NCBI GenBank assembly: GCA_900617105.1
Contig: UYFQ01000006.1
Location: forward strand, 434,001 to 498,000
Length of the DNA: 64,000 bases
Direction: 5' to 3'
From: Hydrurus foetidus
Taxonomy: Eukaryota
Shown in pieces: positions 27,426 to 37,823 of this stretch. The number at the start of each line of letters is the position of its first letter. Within the stretch, counting starts at the first letter, position 1. A program made the position numbers and the translations under genes. The notes beneath the pieces are model-generated. The model was not told the DNA's origin, did no database searches, and saw only the letters and a list, made by a program, of their open reading frames with translations.

Positions 27426-28361
27426 CTAATCAGTACCTGGGCTGGGCTGCCCACCCCACTTTGCACCGGCAAAGTACCCCTCCAAATACCCCGCAAACCC
27501 CTCTGCTGCAGGTGAACTCACCCGCTGTGCAGGCCGGTAGAGACAAATCTGGCGCACCTCCACGGGCGACACGATGCGGCGCATCACCAGCCCCAGCGGC
27601 CTGGCCAGGGCTTTGACGTAGGCAGGTGACAGCGTAGCAGCCAGGTTCGCGGCCGCCATGCCCAGCGCGGTGGACATGTTGTCCACCACATCCACCGGTG
27701 TCACCCGTTCATCGCCGGGCAAGGCGTGGCTCATGTGGGCGACGCTGCGTTCGTGGTCGCGGCCTGCGGCAACCAGGGGGTGGTCGCGCAGCTCACGCCA
27801 CGTCACCGTGCGCTGCTTCGCCAGCGGGTGTTCGGGGGCGCACCACAGCACCCAGGGGCTTTGGAACAGCGTGGTGCGTTGCACATTGTCGCCCACCGCA
27901 CGGTCGGGCCCCAGCGCCAAATCAGCGTCACCGCTGGCCACCGCATCGACGAGCTTTTCAACCGGTGTATCGCGGATGTGGACTTTCACCTTGGGTCGCT
28001 CTTGCAGGTAGGCTTTAATGGCGTGGGGCAGGATGACGCTGGCCACGACCAAAGGGGCTGCGATGCGCACCAATCCCGCCGCACGGTGGCGCACATCGTC
28101 CGCAGCGGATTGGGCCAAGCGCATGTGCTTGAGCACACTGTCGGCAGACGCTAAAAACTCGCGCCCAGCGCTTGAAATGTCCACCCGGCGGGTGCTGCGG
28201 TCAAAGAGCTTGAAATCCACGGCGCGCTCCAGCTCGTTCACCAGCTGGCTGACGGCGGATGGCGTGAGGGACAAACGCTGGGCGGCAGCCGCAAAGCTGC
28301 GCAACTCGGCCACCGCGACGAAGGCATCCAATTGACGGGGGGTGAAGCGAGGCAAAGGCAT
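27426..28361 (-). CDS. LysR-family regulator
   Basis: SFAAAAQRLSLTPSAVSQLVNELE, LFDRSTR. Confidence 0.93.
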   Translation of the reverse strand: MPLPRFTPRQLDAFVAVAELRSFAAAAQRLSLTPSAVSQLVNELERAVDFKLFDRSTRRVDISSAGREFLASADSVLKHMRLAQSAADDVRHRAAGLVRIAAPLVVASVILPHAIKAYLQERPKVKVHIRDTPVEKLVDAVASGDADLALGPDRAVGDNVQRTTLFQSPWVLWCAPEHPLAKQRTVTWRELRDHPLVAAGRDHERSVAHMSHALPGDERVTPVDVVDNMSTALGMAAANLAATLSPAYVKALARPLGLVMRRIVSPVEVRQICLYRPAQRVSSPAAEGFAGYLEGYFAGAKWGGQPSPGTD

Positions 28362-28534
28362 GGCGAGGTAGGTGCAGCAAAAAACGTTAAGAAAGAGCAA
28401 GAGTGGTAAAAATAGCGCCCATTCATTAGAACTGCTCAAGAATAGTCGATTATTTATAGCTTGTGGTCATGCTGCCCCTCGCCCATACTTCAATCTGAAG
28501 CACCATCCCCTTCCCCGCAAAAAAGGCAAAACCC

Positions 28535-29341
28535 ATGACAACAACTCTCACCATTTCGATCCCCTCCAAGCGGCTGCACCACCCCATGCAACCAGATGAA
28601 TGGCAAGCCCGCGTGCAACTGGCCGCCTGCTACCGCATCTTTGCCATGCTGGGCTGGACGGAGATGATCTACAACCACATCACGCTGCGCCTGCCCGACA
28701 GCGTGACGGGTAGACGCAAGCAGTTCCTTATCAACCCTTTTGGCTTGCACTACTCAGAGATCACGGCCAGCAATTTGCTCAAAATCGACCTGCAAGGTAA
28801 CAAGCTTGACCAGCTCAGTCAGGACAACCCCTGGCCCGTCAACCCCGCAGGCTTCACTGTTCACGCGGCCATCCACGCCCACAACCCCGAAGCCCATTGC
28901 GTGATGCACACCCACACCACCAACGGCGTGGCCGTGGCGTGTACGCAGGGTGGCTTGGCACAAAACAATTTTTACTCTGCGCAGCTGCACGGCATGGTGG
29001 CCTACCATGCGTTTGAGGGCATCACCGTCCACGCCGAAGAAACCCCGCGCCTGCTGGCCAACCTGGGTACCAAGCCGCTGCTGATCTTGCGCAACCACGG
29101 CCTGCTGGCCTGCGGCCCCACGCTGGCGCTGACCTTCGTGCGCCTGTGGACGCTGCAACGCGCTTGCGACATCCAAGTCACCCAAGCAGCGCTGGGTGCG
29201 TTCATCCCGGTCGCGGAGGCCGTAGCCGACAAAACGACGAACGACGCGCTGCAATTCGATGCCCGGTTTGGCGCTGGCCAAGACGTGTTCGATGCCCTGG
29301 TGCGGCAGGTAGATCGGCTCGACAGCAGCTACAAAAACTAG
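28535..29341 (+). CDS. Class II aldolase/adducin-family protein
   Basis: NHITLR, VHAAIH, HTHT, LRNHG. Confidence 0.9.
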   Translation: MTTTLTISIPSKRLHHPMQPDEWQARVQLAACYRIFAMLGWTEMIYNHITLRLPDSVTGRRKQFLINPFGLHYSEITASNLLKIDLQGNKLDQLSQDNPWPVNPAGFTVHAAIHAHNPEAHCVMHTHTTNGVAVACTQGGLAQNNFYSAQLHGMVAYHAFEGITVHAEETPRLLANLGTKPLLILRNHGLLACGPTLALTFVRLWTLQRACDIQVTQAALGAFIPVAEAVADKTTNDALQFDARFGAGQDVFDALVRQVDRLDSSYKN

Positions 29342-29385
29342 AGCACGTTACACCCATTTAATAAGCTAATAAGTAGGATTTGAGT

Positions 29386-30405
29386 ATGAAGATTTGCATC
29401 TACGGCGCAGGGGCCATTGGCGGCTGGATAGGCGCACGCTTGGGTGACCCCGCCAAGGCTTTGGGCCATGCCTTGAGCGTGGTAGCCCGTGGCGAAACGC
29501 TAGCGGCTTTGCAACAGCATGGCTTGCGTTTGCAACCTGCCCCAACAACGTCTGCATCCCCAGAATCACCCGTTCCCGCCCTCATCACCGCGCCCGTGCT
29601 GGCCAGCGCTGACCCAGCCACGCTGGGCGTGCAGGATGTGGTCATCATCGCCGTGAAGGCCACCGCGCTGCGCGAAGTAGCTCGCCACATCGCGCCGCTG
29701 CTGGGGCCGCACACGGTGGTGGTGACGGCCATGAACGGCGTGCCTTGGTGGCTGTTGCACGGCTTTGGCGGCGACCACGCCAACACGCCACTGCACACGG
29801 TGGACGCGACCGGCGAGATCGCCGCCGCGATTCCCACGCACCATGTGATTGGCTGCGTGGTTCACGCCAGTTGCTCGCTGAAGTCCCCTGGCTTTGTGCA
29901 GCAGCACTTCGGCAACAAACTGATCCTGGGCGAGCCTTCCGGCGGCCGCAGTGAACGCCTGGAAGCTCTGATAACGGTGCTGAATGCAGCGGGTCTGGAT
30001 GCCACCCCGTCTGACCAAATCCAGCGTGATACCTGGTTCAAGCTGTGGGGCAACATGACGGTGAACCCCGTCAGCGCGATGACTGGGGCCACCACCGATT
30101 TGATTTTAGGCGACGAGTTGGTGCGCAACTTCATCTCCCGCGTGATGCTGGAGGCAAAGGAAATCGGGGCGCGCATCGGCATCCCGATTGACCAGCAACC
30201 CGAAGACCGCCATCAGGTGACGCTGAAGCTGGGCGCCTTCAAAACCTCGATGCTGCAAGACGTGGAAGCCGGGCGTGCCGTAGAGCTGGACGCGCTGGTC
30301 AGTGTGGTGCGCGAGCTGGGGCAGATCACCGGGGTGGCGACACCGAACACCGATGCGCTCTTGGGGTTGGCGCGGCTGCACGCGCGGGTGCGTGGGCTGT
30401 ACTGA
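29386..30405 (+). CDS. Ketopantoate reductase-like protein (PanE/ApbA family)
   Basis: GAGAIG, AVKA, MNG, KLWGN, SMLQD..GR..ELD. Confidence 0.9.
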   Translation: MKICIYGAGAIGGWIGARLGDPAKALGHALSVVARGETLAALQQHGLRLQPAPTTSASPESPVPALITAPVLASADPATLGVQDVVIIAVKATALREVARHIAPLLGPHTVVVTAMNGVPWWLLHGFGGDHANTPLHTVDATGEIAAAIPTHHVIGCVVHASCSLKSPGFVQQHFGNKLILGEPSGGRSERLEALITVLNAAGLDATPSDQIQRDTWFKLWGNMTVNPVSAMTGATTDLILGDELVRNFISRVMLEAKEIGARIGIPIDQQPEDRHQVTLKLGAFKTSMLQDVEAGRAVELDALVSVVRELGQITGVATPNTDALLGLARLHARVRGLY

Positions 30406-30420
30406 GGCGCATCAGCAGCA

Positions 30421-31362
30421 TCACACGGTGGGATGCAATGCAGCCCATTCCACCAACAGCTTCCTGAATTCCGTCACAGCGGGGGCCGTGTCTGCGGTGC
30501 GCCAGAGCACATACACGTCGCCATTCAAAGCCTCACCGGAAGGTGGCAGTTCAAGCGGGCAGATTGGCACCGTGCCTTTGCGCAGCATGGCTAAAGATGC
30601 AGGCACCAGGGCCACACCCAGGCCGACCGCTACCAAATTGAGCGCGGCAGGCACCTCGATCACCTGCTGAACGATGCGGGGGGCAAAACCGGCCTGCACG
30701 CAAGCCTCAAACAAGCGCCCGGCGAAGGGCGATGAACCCAGGCGGTAAAACACAAAATCTTCGTCTTTCAACTCGGCCAAACGCAGCGCCGCACGGCCCA
30801 CCCAGCGGTGCCCTGGCGGCAGCGCTACCACCACCGGGTCGCGCCACAGCAGTGCGGCGCTAAGGAGGGGGTCAAGTGCGGCAGGCTGCACACCGGGGCT
30901 GAGGATCGTGTTCAGCGGATGGCGCGACAGGCTCACATCGAGCTGGCCGTCGCGCAGGGCTTGCAGGTGGTCTGACGGCATCATCTCTTTCAGCACCACC
31001 TCCACAGCAGGCCGTTGTTGGCGAAATTGCGGGATGAACTGGGGAAATGGCCCCAAAAAGTGCGACCCCGCCAAGCCCACCTGCACCCGCCCCTGCAAAC
31101 CACTGGCAACGCGCTGGACATGGCTGCGCGCTTCATCCAGCCGCGCCAAGATCGCTTGCGCGTGCGGCAAAAAGGCTTTGCCCGCCTCACTCAAGCACAC
31201 GCTGCGGCTGGTGCGGTCAAACAAGCGGGCGCCCAGCTCGGTTTCTAAATTCGCAATTTGCAAGCTCAGCGGCGGCTGCGAGACGTGCAGGCGCTGCGCC
31301 GCACGGGTGAAGCTCAGCTCAGCCGCGAGCACAGTGAAGTAACGGATTTGGCGCAATTCCAT
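30421..31362 (-). CDS. LysR-family regulator
   Basis: MELRQIRYF, FTRAAQRLHVSQPPLS. Confidence 0.94.
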   Translation of the reverse strand: MELRQIRYFTVLAAELSFTRAAQRLHVSQPPLSLQIANLETELGARLFDRTSRSVCLSEAGKAFLPHAQAILARLDEARSHVQRVASGLQGRVQVGLAGSHFLGPFPQFIPQFRQQRPAVEVVLKEMMPSDHLQALRDGQLDVSLSRHPLNTILSPGVQPAALDPLLSAALLWRDPVVVALPPGHRWVGRAALRLAELKDEDFVFYRLGSSPFAGRLFEACVQAGFAPRIVQQVIEVPAALNLVAVGLGVALVPASLAMLRKGTVPICPLELPPSGEALNGDVYVLWRTADTAPAVTEFRKLLVEWAALHPTV

Positions 31363-31510
31363 AAAGAGGGTTCAGCAGGGTAAGGAGTGCGTTGGATTGA
31401 TTCGTTTGCGGTATAGATGCATCTGAATTATGTATTTGTTTGTATGAATCGAAAAACCCACAATCCAAAGATTCCACGTTCAACCTGCCTCATCCTTGAA
31501 AGACAGACCT

Positions 31511-32287
31511 ATGACACCAACCACCCAGACCACCACTGAAAACCTGTTCCGTGTGGGCCTGATCGTGCCCAGCTCCAACACCACGATGGAAACAGAAATC
31601 CCCGCCATGCTGCACGCCCGTGAGCGGGTGCTGCCCGAGCGCTTCACCTTCCATTCAAGCCGTATGCGGATGAAATCCGTCACCAAGGAAGAGCTGGAAG
31701 CGATGGACAAAGACTCTGACCGCTGTGCACTGGAGCTGTCGGATGCCCGCATGGACGTGATGGGCTACGCCTGCCTCGTGGCCATCATGAGCATGGGGCG
31801 TGGCTACCACCGCGAATCGCAACGCCGTCTGCATGAGATCACCGCCGCCAACGGCGCAGCGACCCCCGTCATCACCAGCGCTGGGGCTTTGGTGGAAGGA
31901 TTGCAAGCGATAGGCGCAAAACGGGTTTCCCTCATCGCGCCGTACATGAAACCGCTGACGCGCATGGTGATCGATTACATCGAAAACGAAGGCATTGAAG
32001 TGATTGACAGCATCTCGCTGGAAATCCACGACAACCTCGCCGTGGGCGCACGCGACCCGAAAGCCCCGGCGACGCTGTGGAAGCAACTGAACGTGAAAGG
32101 GGCGGATGCCATCGTGGCTTCGGCCTGCGTGCAGATGCCCTCCCTGGCATCGGTGCCGATGATCGAGGCAGCCAGCGGCCTGCCCGTGGTGTCCAGCGCG
32201 GTCTGCACCACCTATGCGCTGCTGAAAAGTTTGGGCCTGGAGCGAAGGGTGCCCGATGCGGGTACGCTGCTGTCAGGCCGCTATTGA
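31511..32287 (+). CDS. maiA: Maleate cis-trans isomerase (Asp/Glu racemase family)
   Basis: IVPSSNTTMETE, YACLVAIM and SACVQMPS catalytic cysteines. Confidence 0.88.
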   Translation: MTPTTQTTTENLFRVGLIVPSSNTTMETEIPAMLHARERVLPERFTFHSSRMRMKSVTKEELEAMDKDSDRCALELSDARMDVMGYACLVAIMSMGRGYHRESQRRLHEITAANGAATPVITSAGALVEGLQAIGAKRVSLIAPYMKPLTRMVIDYIENEGIEVIDSISLEIHDNLAVGARDPKAPATLWKQLNVKGADAIVASACVQMPSLASVPMIEAASGLPVVSSAVCTTYALLKSLGLERRVPDAGTLLSGRY

Positions 32288-32324
32288 GGTGCCATTCCCT
32301 ATAACCACACCCAAGAGACACACC

Positions 32325-33302
32325 ATGACACCCTTCACACTTTCCTTTCGGTACCTCGCCGCCAGCCTCGCCGCCACCCTGCTGTGTGGCGCGGCCAGCG
32401 CCCAGGGTTACCCAGCCAAACCCGTCACGCTGATCGTGCCCAACCCGCCCGGCGGCTTTGTCGATGCCTCAGCCCGCATCTTGTCAGACTCACTCGCCAA
32501 AGTGATAGGCCAATCGGTGGTGGTGGACAACCGGGGCGGTGGCAGCGGCAACATCGCCTACCAAGCGGTGGCCCGCGCCGCGCCGGACGGCTACACGCTG
32601 CTGAATTCCTACTCGGCGTACCACGTCGGCAACCCGAACCTGAACCCCAAACTGCCCTGGTCGCAAAAAGACTTTGCCCCCGTCGCGCTGATTACCGTGG
32701 CCACCAACGTGATCGCCGTGAACCCCACCGTGCCCGCCAACACCTTGCCTGAGTTCATCAAGTACCTGAAAAGCAACCCTGGCAAACTGAGCTACGCCTC
32801 ACAGGGCAACGGCTCGCTTTCGCACATCGGCACCGAGATGTTCAAGCAGCAAACCCAAACCAGCATGGTGCATATCCCCTACCGAGGCTCTGGGCCAGCG
32901 GTGCAAGATGTGTTGTCCGGCCAGGTGCAGGTGTTCATCACCACCCCGCCCTCGGTGATGGGGCAGGTGCAGGCCGGTAAATTGAAAGCCTTGGCCGTGG
33001 CCGGTAAAACCCGACACCCCGCCATGCCCAACGTGCCCACCACCGCAGAGGCAGGCTTGAAGGGCTTTGAAATCGAAGCCTGGATCGGCATCTTCGCGCC
33101 CGCTGCCACGCCCCCCGATGTGGTTGCCAAACTCAGCAGCCACATCAAAGCGGCCCTGGAGCTGCCGGAAACCAAAACCCGCGCCGACGGCGCAGGCATC
33201 GAGTTGCGCTACCTGCCGCCTGCTGCACTGGGCGATTTGGTGGCCAAAGACACCGCGTTTTGGGCCAAGACCATCAAGTCGGCAGGGATCACGGCAGATT
33301 GA
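32325..33302 (+). CDS. Bug/TctC substrate-binding protein
   Basis: VPNPPGGFVD, HIPYRGSG. Confidence 0.92.
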   Translation: MTPFTLSFRYLAASLAATLLCGAASAQGYPAKPVTLIVPNPPGGFVDASARILSDSLAKVIGQSVVVDNRGGGSGNIAYQAVARAAPDGYTLLNSYSAYHVGNPNLNPKLPWSQKDFAPVALITVATNVIAVNPTVPANTLPEFIKYLKSNPGKLSYASQGNGSLSHIGTEMFKQQTQTSMVHIPYRGSGPAVQDVLSGQVQVFITTPPSVMGQVQAGKLKALAVAGKTRHPAMPNVPTTAEAGLKGFEIEAWIGIFAPAATPPDVVAKLSSHIKAALELPETKTRADGAGIELRYLPPAALGDLVAKDTAFWAKTIKSAGITAD

Positions 33303-33349
33303 TTCGCCACAGTTTTTGACACTTTTTTAACCCCCTGAAGGACATTTCC

Positions 33350-34330
33350 ATGTTGCAACCCCGTCATGCTTTGACAAAAATCACCGCCACCTTGCTGTTC
33401 GCTGGTTTGGCCACCTTCTCTTTCACCGCCTCAGCCGCAGCCCCTTTGGTCAAAACCCAAGCCCCTGGCTACTACCGCCTGATGTTGGGTGACTTTGAAG
33501 TTACCGCGATTTCTGACGGCACCGTCAAGTTGCCGGTGAAAACCCTGCTGACCAACACCACGCCGGCGAAAACCACCGCTGCACTCAAAGCGGCCTTTTT
33601 AGGTGGCGACACGGTGGAAACATCGGTCAATACCTACCTCATCAACACCGGAGCCAAGCTGGTGCTGATCGACACCGGCGCGGCGGGGTTGTTTGGCCCC
33701 ACGCTGGGCAACTTGGTGGCCAACATGAAGGCTTCCGGCTACCAGCCCGAGCAAGTGGACGAGATTTACATCACCCACATGCACCCCGACCATGTGGGCG
33801 GCCTGATGAGCGGCGGTGTGGTGGCCTTCCCTAACGCGACGCTGCGTATCGACAAAGCCGAGAGCGATTTTTGGCTCAGCGAGGCGAACATGAATGCAGC
33901 CCCCGCAGCGTCCAAAGGGTTCTTTCAGGGGGCAATGGGCTCAGTGAACCCCTACGTGGCGGCCGGCAAGCTCAAGCCTTTTGAAGGCACCACGGAACTC
34001 ACCCCCGGCATCAAAGCCATGGCCAGCCACGGCCATACGGCGGGCCATAACGTGTATATGGTGGAGAGCAAAGGCGAAAAACTGATGCTCTGGGGCGATT
34101 TGATGCATGTGGCAGCGGTGCAGTTTGACAACCCAGCCATCACCATCCAATTCGACAGCGACAGCAAATCCGCCGCGAAAGAGCGCGCCAAGGCTTACGC
34201 CGACGCGGCCAAGCAAGGCTATTTGGTGGGGGCAACGCACATCGCCTTCCCCGGATTGGGGCATGTGAAGACCGGCACGGGTGGCAAGGCGTACAGCTGG
34301 GTGCCGCTGAACTACTCCTCGATGAAGTGA
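33350..34330 (+). CDS. Exported MBL-fold hydrolase (methyl-parathion hydrolase/OPHC2-like)
   Basis: Signal peptide, QAPGYYR, HMHPDH, GHTAGH, WGDLMH. Confidence 0.88.
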   Translation: MLQPRHALTKITATLLFAGLATFSFTASAAAPLVKTQAPGYYRLMLGDFEVTAISDGTVKLPVKTLLTNTTPAKTTAALKAAFLGGDTVETSVNTYLINTGAKLVLIDTGAAGLFGPTLGNLVANMKASGYQPEQVDEIYITHMHPDHVGGLMSGGVVAFPNATLRIDKAESDFWLSEANMNAAPAASKGFFQGAMGSVNPYVAAGKLKPFEGTTELTPGIKAMASHGHTAGHNVYMVESKGEKLMLWGDLMHVAAVQFDNPAITIQFDSDSKSAAKERAKAYADAAKQGYLVGATHIAFPGLGHVKTGTGGKAYSWVPLNYSSMK

Positions 34331-34384
34331 TGTGAAATCAGCTGCCTGCGCTTGTTGAACGGGAGATGCGTCTTGCAAATGCCC

Positions 34385-35506
34385 TCAGCGCAAGCCCGCA
34401 GGCAAAGCCGCCAACATACGCACCAGCTCTTGCTGGCGCTTGAACTCGGTTTTGGCCAGCACAGCGCGCAGCTGCGTGCGGGCGGTGTTGACACTCACGT
34501 TGAAGTCTTGTGCATAGTCGTCCATCGACTGGCCGCGCATCAACTCACCCGCTAACCGCGACTCGGCGGGGCTCAGGCCATAGAGCTGAATCAGCATCTG
34601 GTGCGTCACCCCGACACCGGGGACTATGGTTTTGAACATCACCAGCGTGTGCAAAGGCACGGCATCACGGGGCATGAAAGAAGGCAACCAGGGTTCTCGT
34701 CCTCGTTGAGGCGCGGGCCACACGGACACCACGTTGTCATTTTCGCCATCTCTGCGGCGCAGCACCTGCGGCTGGCGCGTCGCGTGGGCCAAGTCCACCG
34801 CCTGCGCGAGCTCGCCATCCACACGGAGTCCGCCGCCGTTGAATCCTCCCTTGCGCCACTGCGCCATGCAGCGCTGGCCTGTCGTGTTGGCATACACCAC
34901 ACGGTGGCGCTGGTTCAGCCCGACAACGCCAAACGTTTGCTGCTCAAGCACCACGGTACTCGCCGCGACTTGCAGTTTGAGGTCTTGGTGTTGAAGCATC
35001 AACCGCACAGCACGCGAGAGATGGGGCAAGTAACGCCCCAGCAGCTTGACCTCGTGGTCATCAAAATCTGCCCGCCCGGTGCGGCGGTTGAACGCGCAGT
35101 AGCTGTTGAATTCAGGCGTGCGCAACAGCGAGCCACCAGCGACAAAACGCGCCCCCCCAGGAATGAGGTAATCCTGGTAAAACTCGCTTTTGCCTACAAA
35201 TCGAGGTTCAAAAAAGTGGCTGCATTTGAACGCTTGAGCGATAGGCACGGCATCAACCGCAGCTTTGCGAGGGTCTTGGTGGATGTAATGCCCGTGGTAA
35301 TTGATGAACGTGGCCGGCTCCACCCAATCTATATTGGTCGCCGTGAAACACGCTGCGCCGCCCGCATCAGCAGCAAACAGGTGGAAGCCATCGCTGTCAA
35401 TAAACCGCTCAAAAGCGGACACAGCGCTGTCAAAGCGCTCGGGAGCCGTCACGGCATCGTACAAATCTCCAATCAAGTGATCCCAGTGGCTGTCGTCTAA
35501 CGTCAT
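34385..35506 (-). CDS. LuxR-type HTH regulator with N-terminal sensor domains
   Basis: C-terminal LSPAESRLA...VSVNTARTQLRAVLAKT. Confidence 0.85.
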   Translation of the reverse strand: MTLDDSHWDHLIGDLYDAVTAPERFDSAVSAFERFIDSDGFHLFAADAGGAACFTATNIDWVEPATFINYHGHYIHQDPRKAAVDAVPIAQAFKCSHFFEPRFVGKSEFYQDYLIPGGARFVAGGSLLRTPEFNSYCAFNRRTGRADFDDHEVKLLGRYLPHLSRAVRLMLQHQDLKLQVAASTVVLEQQTFGVVGLNQRHRVVYANTTGQRCMAQWRKGGFNGGGLRVDGELAQAVDLAHATRQPQVLRRRDGENDNVVSVWPAPQRGREPWLPSFMPRDAVPLHTLVMFKTIVPGVGVTHQMLIQLYGLSPAESRLAGELMRGQSMDDYAQDFNVSVNTARTQLRAVLAKTEFKRQQELVRMLAALPAGLR

Positions 35507-35659
35507 TGCTCTCTTTGCTTCCTTTTGCGCACCGTGTTCCGCACCGTTTTTACGCACAATCATTCATTGTGATGATGCGCCCAGGCCGCAGGGTTCCTAC
35601 GATGGGGGCATGCACAGAATTATCTCTGCATGCCTTTGCCCACACTGCCCCATCAATTT

Positions 35660-36508
35660 ATGAAACACCCTCTGTTTACCCTCTGCGCCGCCGCATCCAT
35701 TGCAACCTCTTTGGTCGCTTGTGGCGGCGGTGGAAGCAGCACCACCACGGCCAGCACAGCAACGAGCACCACGACCGGAACAAGCACCAGTACGGGCACC
35801 AGCGCGACAGCGACCGTCACCACGCCAAGCACCACCCCCACAACAACCCCAGCAGCCCCCATCACGGTGACTTACACCGCCATCAGCTATTTGCAAGACC
35901 TGAGCGCAGCCGGCACCACCGCCACGTTCACCGACAAAGGCCTGGGCATGGCGGGCAGTTTGAGCCTGCGTGGCCTGACGGTCAGCATGACCCCCAACGC
36001 CAATGCGGACGGCGGCATCGCCTATGGCACACCGTTCACAAAAGGCTTGGCCGTCAGCAGCAACACCGCTGACAGCAACCTGCCCGCCATCGCCATGTTG
36101 TGCCAGCAAGCTGCCAATGGCAACGGCACCAATGGGGCACAAGCGACGGATGTGCTGGTTGCCAGCACCGCCAACCGCGTGACGCAAGCCAGCGCATTGG
36201 CGAACCAGACCTTCAGCATCTACCGTGAAGACTGCGCTGCGCTCAGCGGTAATACGCTGTCTTTCAATGCCAGTGGCGATGCCACGCTGGTCAGCACCAG
36301 CGATGGCACGAGCACCATCACAGCGGCCAATGTGACAGCAGCGCTCAACAACAGCGCCATCGCCCGCAGCGCCGGAGGTTATGCCGTTTTTTCAGCCTAC
36401 AGCTATGTGAAGGGCAATGGCAGCACCGCCTTTGCCGTGGTGGTGCATGGCGCACCAACAGTGAGCGCTCTGACACGCGGGTTTGTGGGCGTCTACGCGC
36501 AGCAGTGA
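35660..36508 (+). CDS. Thr/Ser-rich lipoprotein of unknown function
   Basis: Lipobox LVAC-GGGG, Thr-rich linker, beta-rich domain with two further cysteines. Confidence 0.8.
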   Translation: MKHPLFTLCAAASIATSLVACGGGGSSTTTASTATSTTTGTSTSTGTSATATVTTPSTTPTTTPAAPITVTYTAISYLQDLSAAGTTATFTDKGLGMAGSLSLRGLTVSMTPNANADGGIAYGTPFTKGLAVSSNTADSNLPAIAMLCQQAANGNGTNGAQATDVLVASTANRVTQASALANQTFSIYREDCAALSGNTLSFNASGDATLVSTSDGTSTITAANVTAALNNSAIARSAGGYAVFSAYSYVKGNGSTAFAVVVHGAPTVSALTRGFVGVYAQQ

Positions 36509-36514
36509 TGTAGC

Positions 36515-37612
36515 TCAGTCCACCGCGAACGGCACCCGCTGCGCCACCGCGCACATCAACTCGTAGGCCACGGTGCCGCCTGCCTGCGCCACCTCATCAA
36601 TCGGCAAGACGGTGCCGTGGTTCGCGGCACTGGCGCAGCCCCACAGTGTGACTTCGCTGCCCATCGCGGCTTGGGGGACGGGGGTCAAATCTACCGTCAC
36701 CATGTCCATGCTGACACGACCTACCAAGCGGGTACGCACGCCGTCCACCAGCACGGGGGTGCCGGTGCTGCAATGGCGCGGGTAGCCGTCAGCGTAGCCG
36801 CAGGCGACCACACCGATGCGCATAGGCGATTCAGCCATGAAAGTGGAGCCGTATCCGACGGTATCGCCCGTTTTGAGCGCTTGGACAGCTATCATTTTTG
36901 ATGAGAGTGTCAACGTGGGCTGCAAGCCCCAATGGGCGGCGCTGTGCTCGGGGAAATCGGGGGCGCTGCCGTAGACGGCAATGCCAGGGCGCACCCAATC
37001 GGTGGCCAAATCAGGGTAGCGCAGGCTGGCGGCGCTGTTGCTGACGGAACGCTCACCGGGCAAATCTTGCGTTGCGGCCTCAAACACCGCGAACTGCTCG
37101 GCCACGCCTTTGGCCCCGTCGGCATCGCTGAAGTGGGTGATAAGCGAGATTTCATCCACCTGGGGCAGCGCATTCAGGCGCGTCCAGGCGGCGCGGTAGC
37201 TTTGCGGGGCAAAGCCCAAGCGGTTCATGCCCGAATTCATTTTGAGAAACACGCGCTGAGGCACATTGGTTTTGTGCGCGGCCAGCATATCGATTTGCTC
37301 GCTGCAATGCACGGTGTGCCACAGACCCAGGCGCGAGCAGAGCTCCAGGTCGCGGGCATCGAACACCCCCTCCAACAGCAGGATGGGGCCGCGCCAGCCC
37401 AGCGCACGCACACGCTCGGCTTCGTTCAAATCGAGCAGCGCAAAGCCATCGGCACCACGCAGGCCTTCATAGGCCCGCTCAATGCCGTGGCCGTAGGCGT
37501 TGGCCTTGACGATGGCCCAGACACGGGGTGCGTCATGGGTGGCATGGCGGATCTGTGCGAGGTTGTGGCGCAGGGCTTGGGTGTGGACGGTAGCGAGGAT
37601 GGGGCGTGGCAT
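36515..37612 (-). CDS. alr: Alanine racemase
   Basis: [27 protein letters not shown]. Confidence 0.96.
   Translation of the reverse strand: MPRPILATVHTQALRHNLAQIRHATHDAPRVWAIVKANAYGHGIERAYEGLRGADGFALLDLNEAERVRALGWRGPILLLEGVFDARDLELCSRLGLWHTVHCSEQIDMLAAHKTNVPQRVFLKMNSGMNRLGFAPQSYRAAWTRLNALPQVDEISLITHFSDADGAKGVAEQFAVFEAATQDLPGERSVSNSAASLRYPDLATDWVRPGIAVYGSAPDFPEHSAAHWGLQPTLTLSSKMIAVQALKTGDTVGYGSTFMAESPMRIGVVACGYADGYPRHCSTGTPVLVDGVRTRLVGRVSMDMVTVDLTPVPQAAMGSEVTLWGCASAANHGTVLPIDEVAQAGGTVAYELMCAVAQRVPFAVD
36888..36904. repeat. Dispersed element head (inside alr)
   Basis: GCTATCATTTTTGATGA preceded by GACA. Confidence 0.45.
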
Positions 37613-37823
37613 GGTGGTGTCTTGGGCAAAAGCAGTTCACAGAGATTGTGGCACCACAGGCGGGACTTGGCAGGCAAGCATTGCAGTCGCCACCCTCAAC
37701 CCCAGATAAACCCCAAGATGCCGCGTGATATAACCCAGCATTCTCTGGAAGACAGCCCCCATACCGCAGTACACCCACGGTACAACCACGGCGCAGACCC
37801 CTTATGCCCAGCACAAAGATTCG

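Noticed and set aside
35730..35860. ACC/AGC-rich repeats
   Set aside because: Low-complexity Thr/Ser linker of the lipoprotein, not a DNA element
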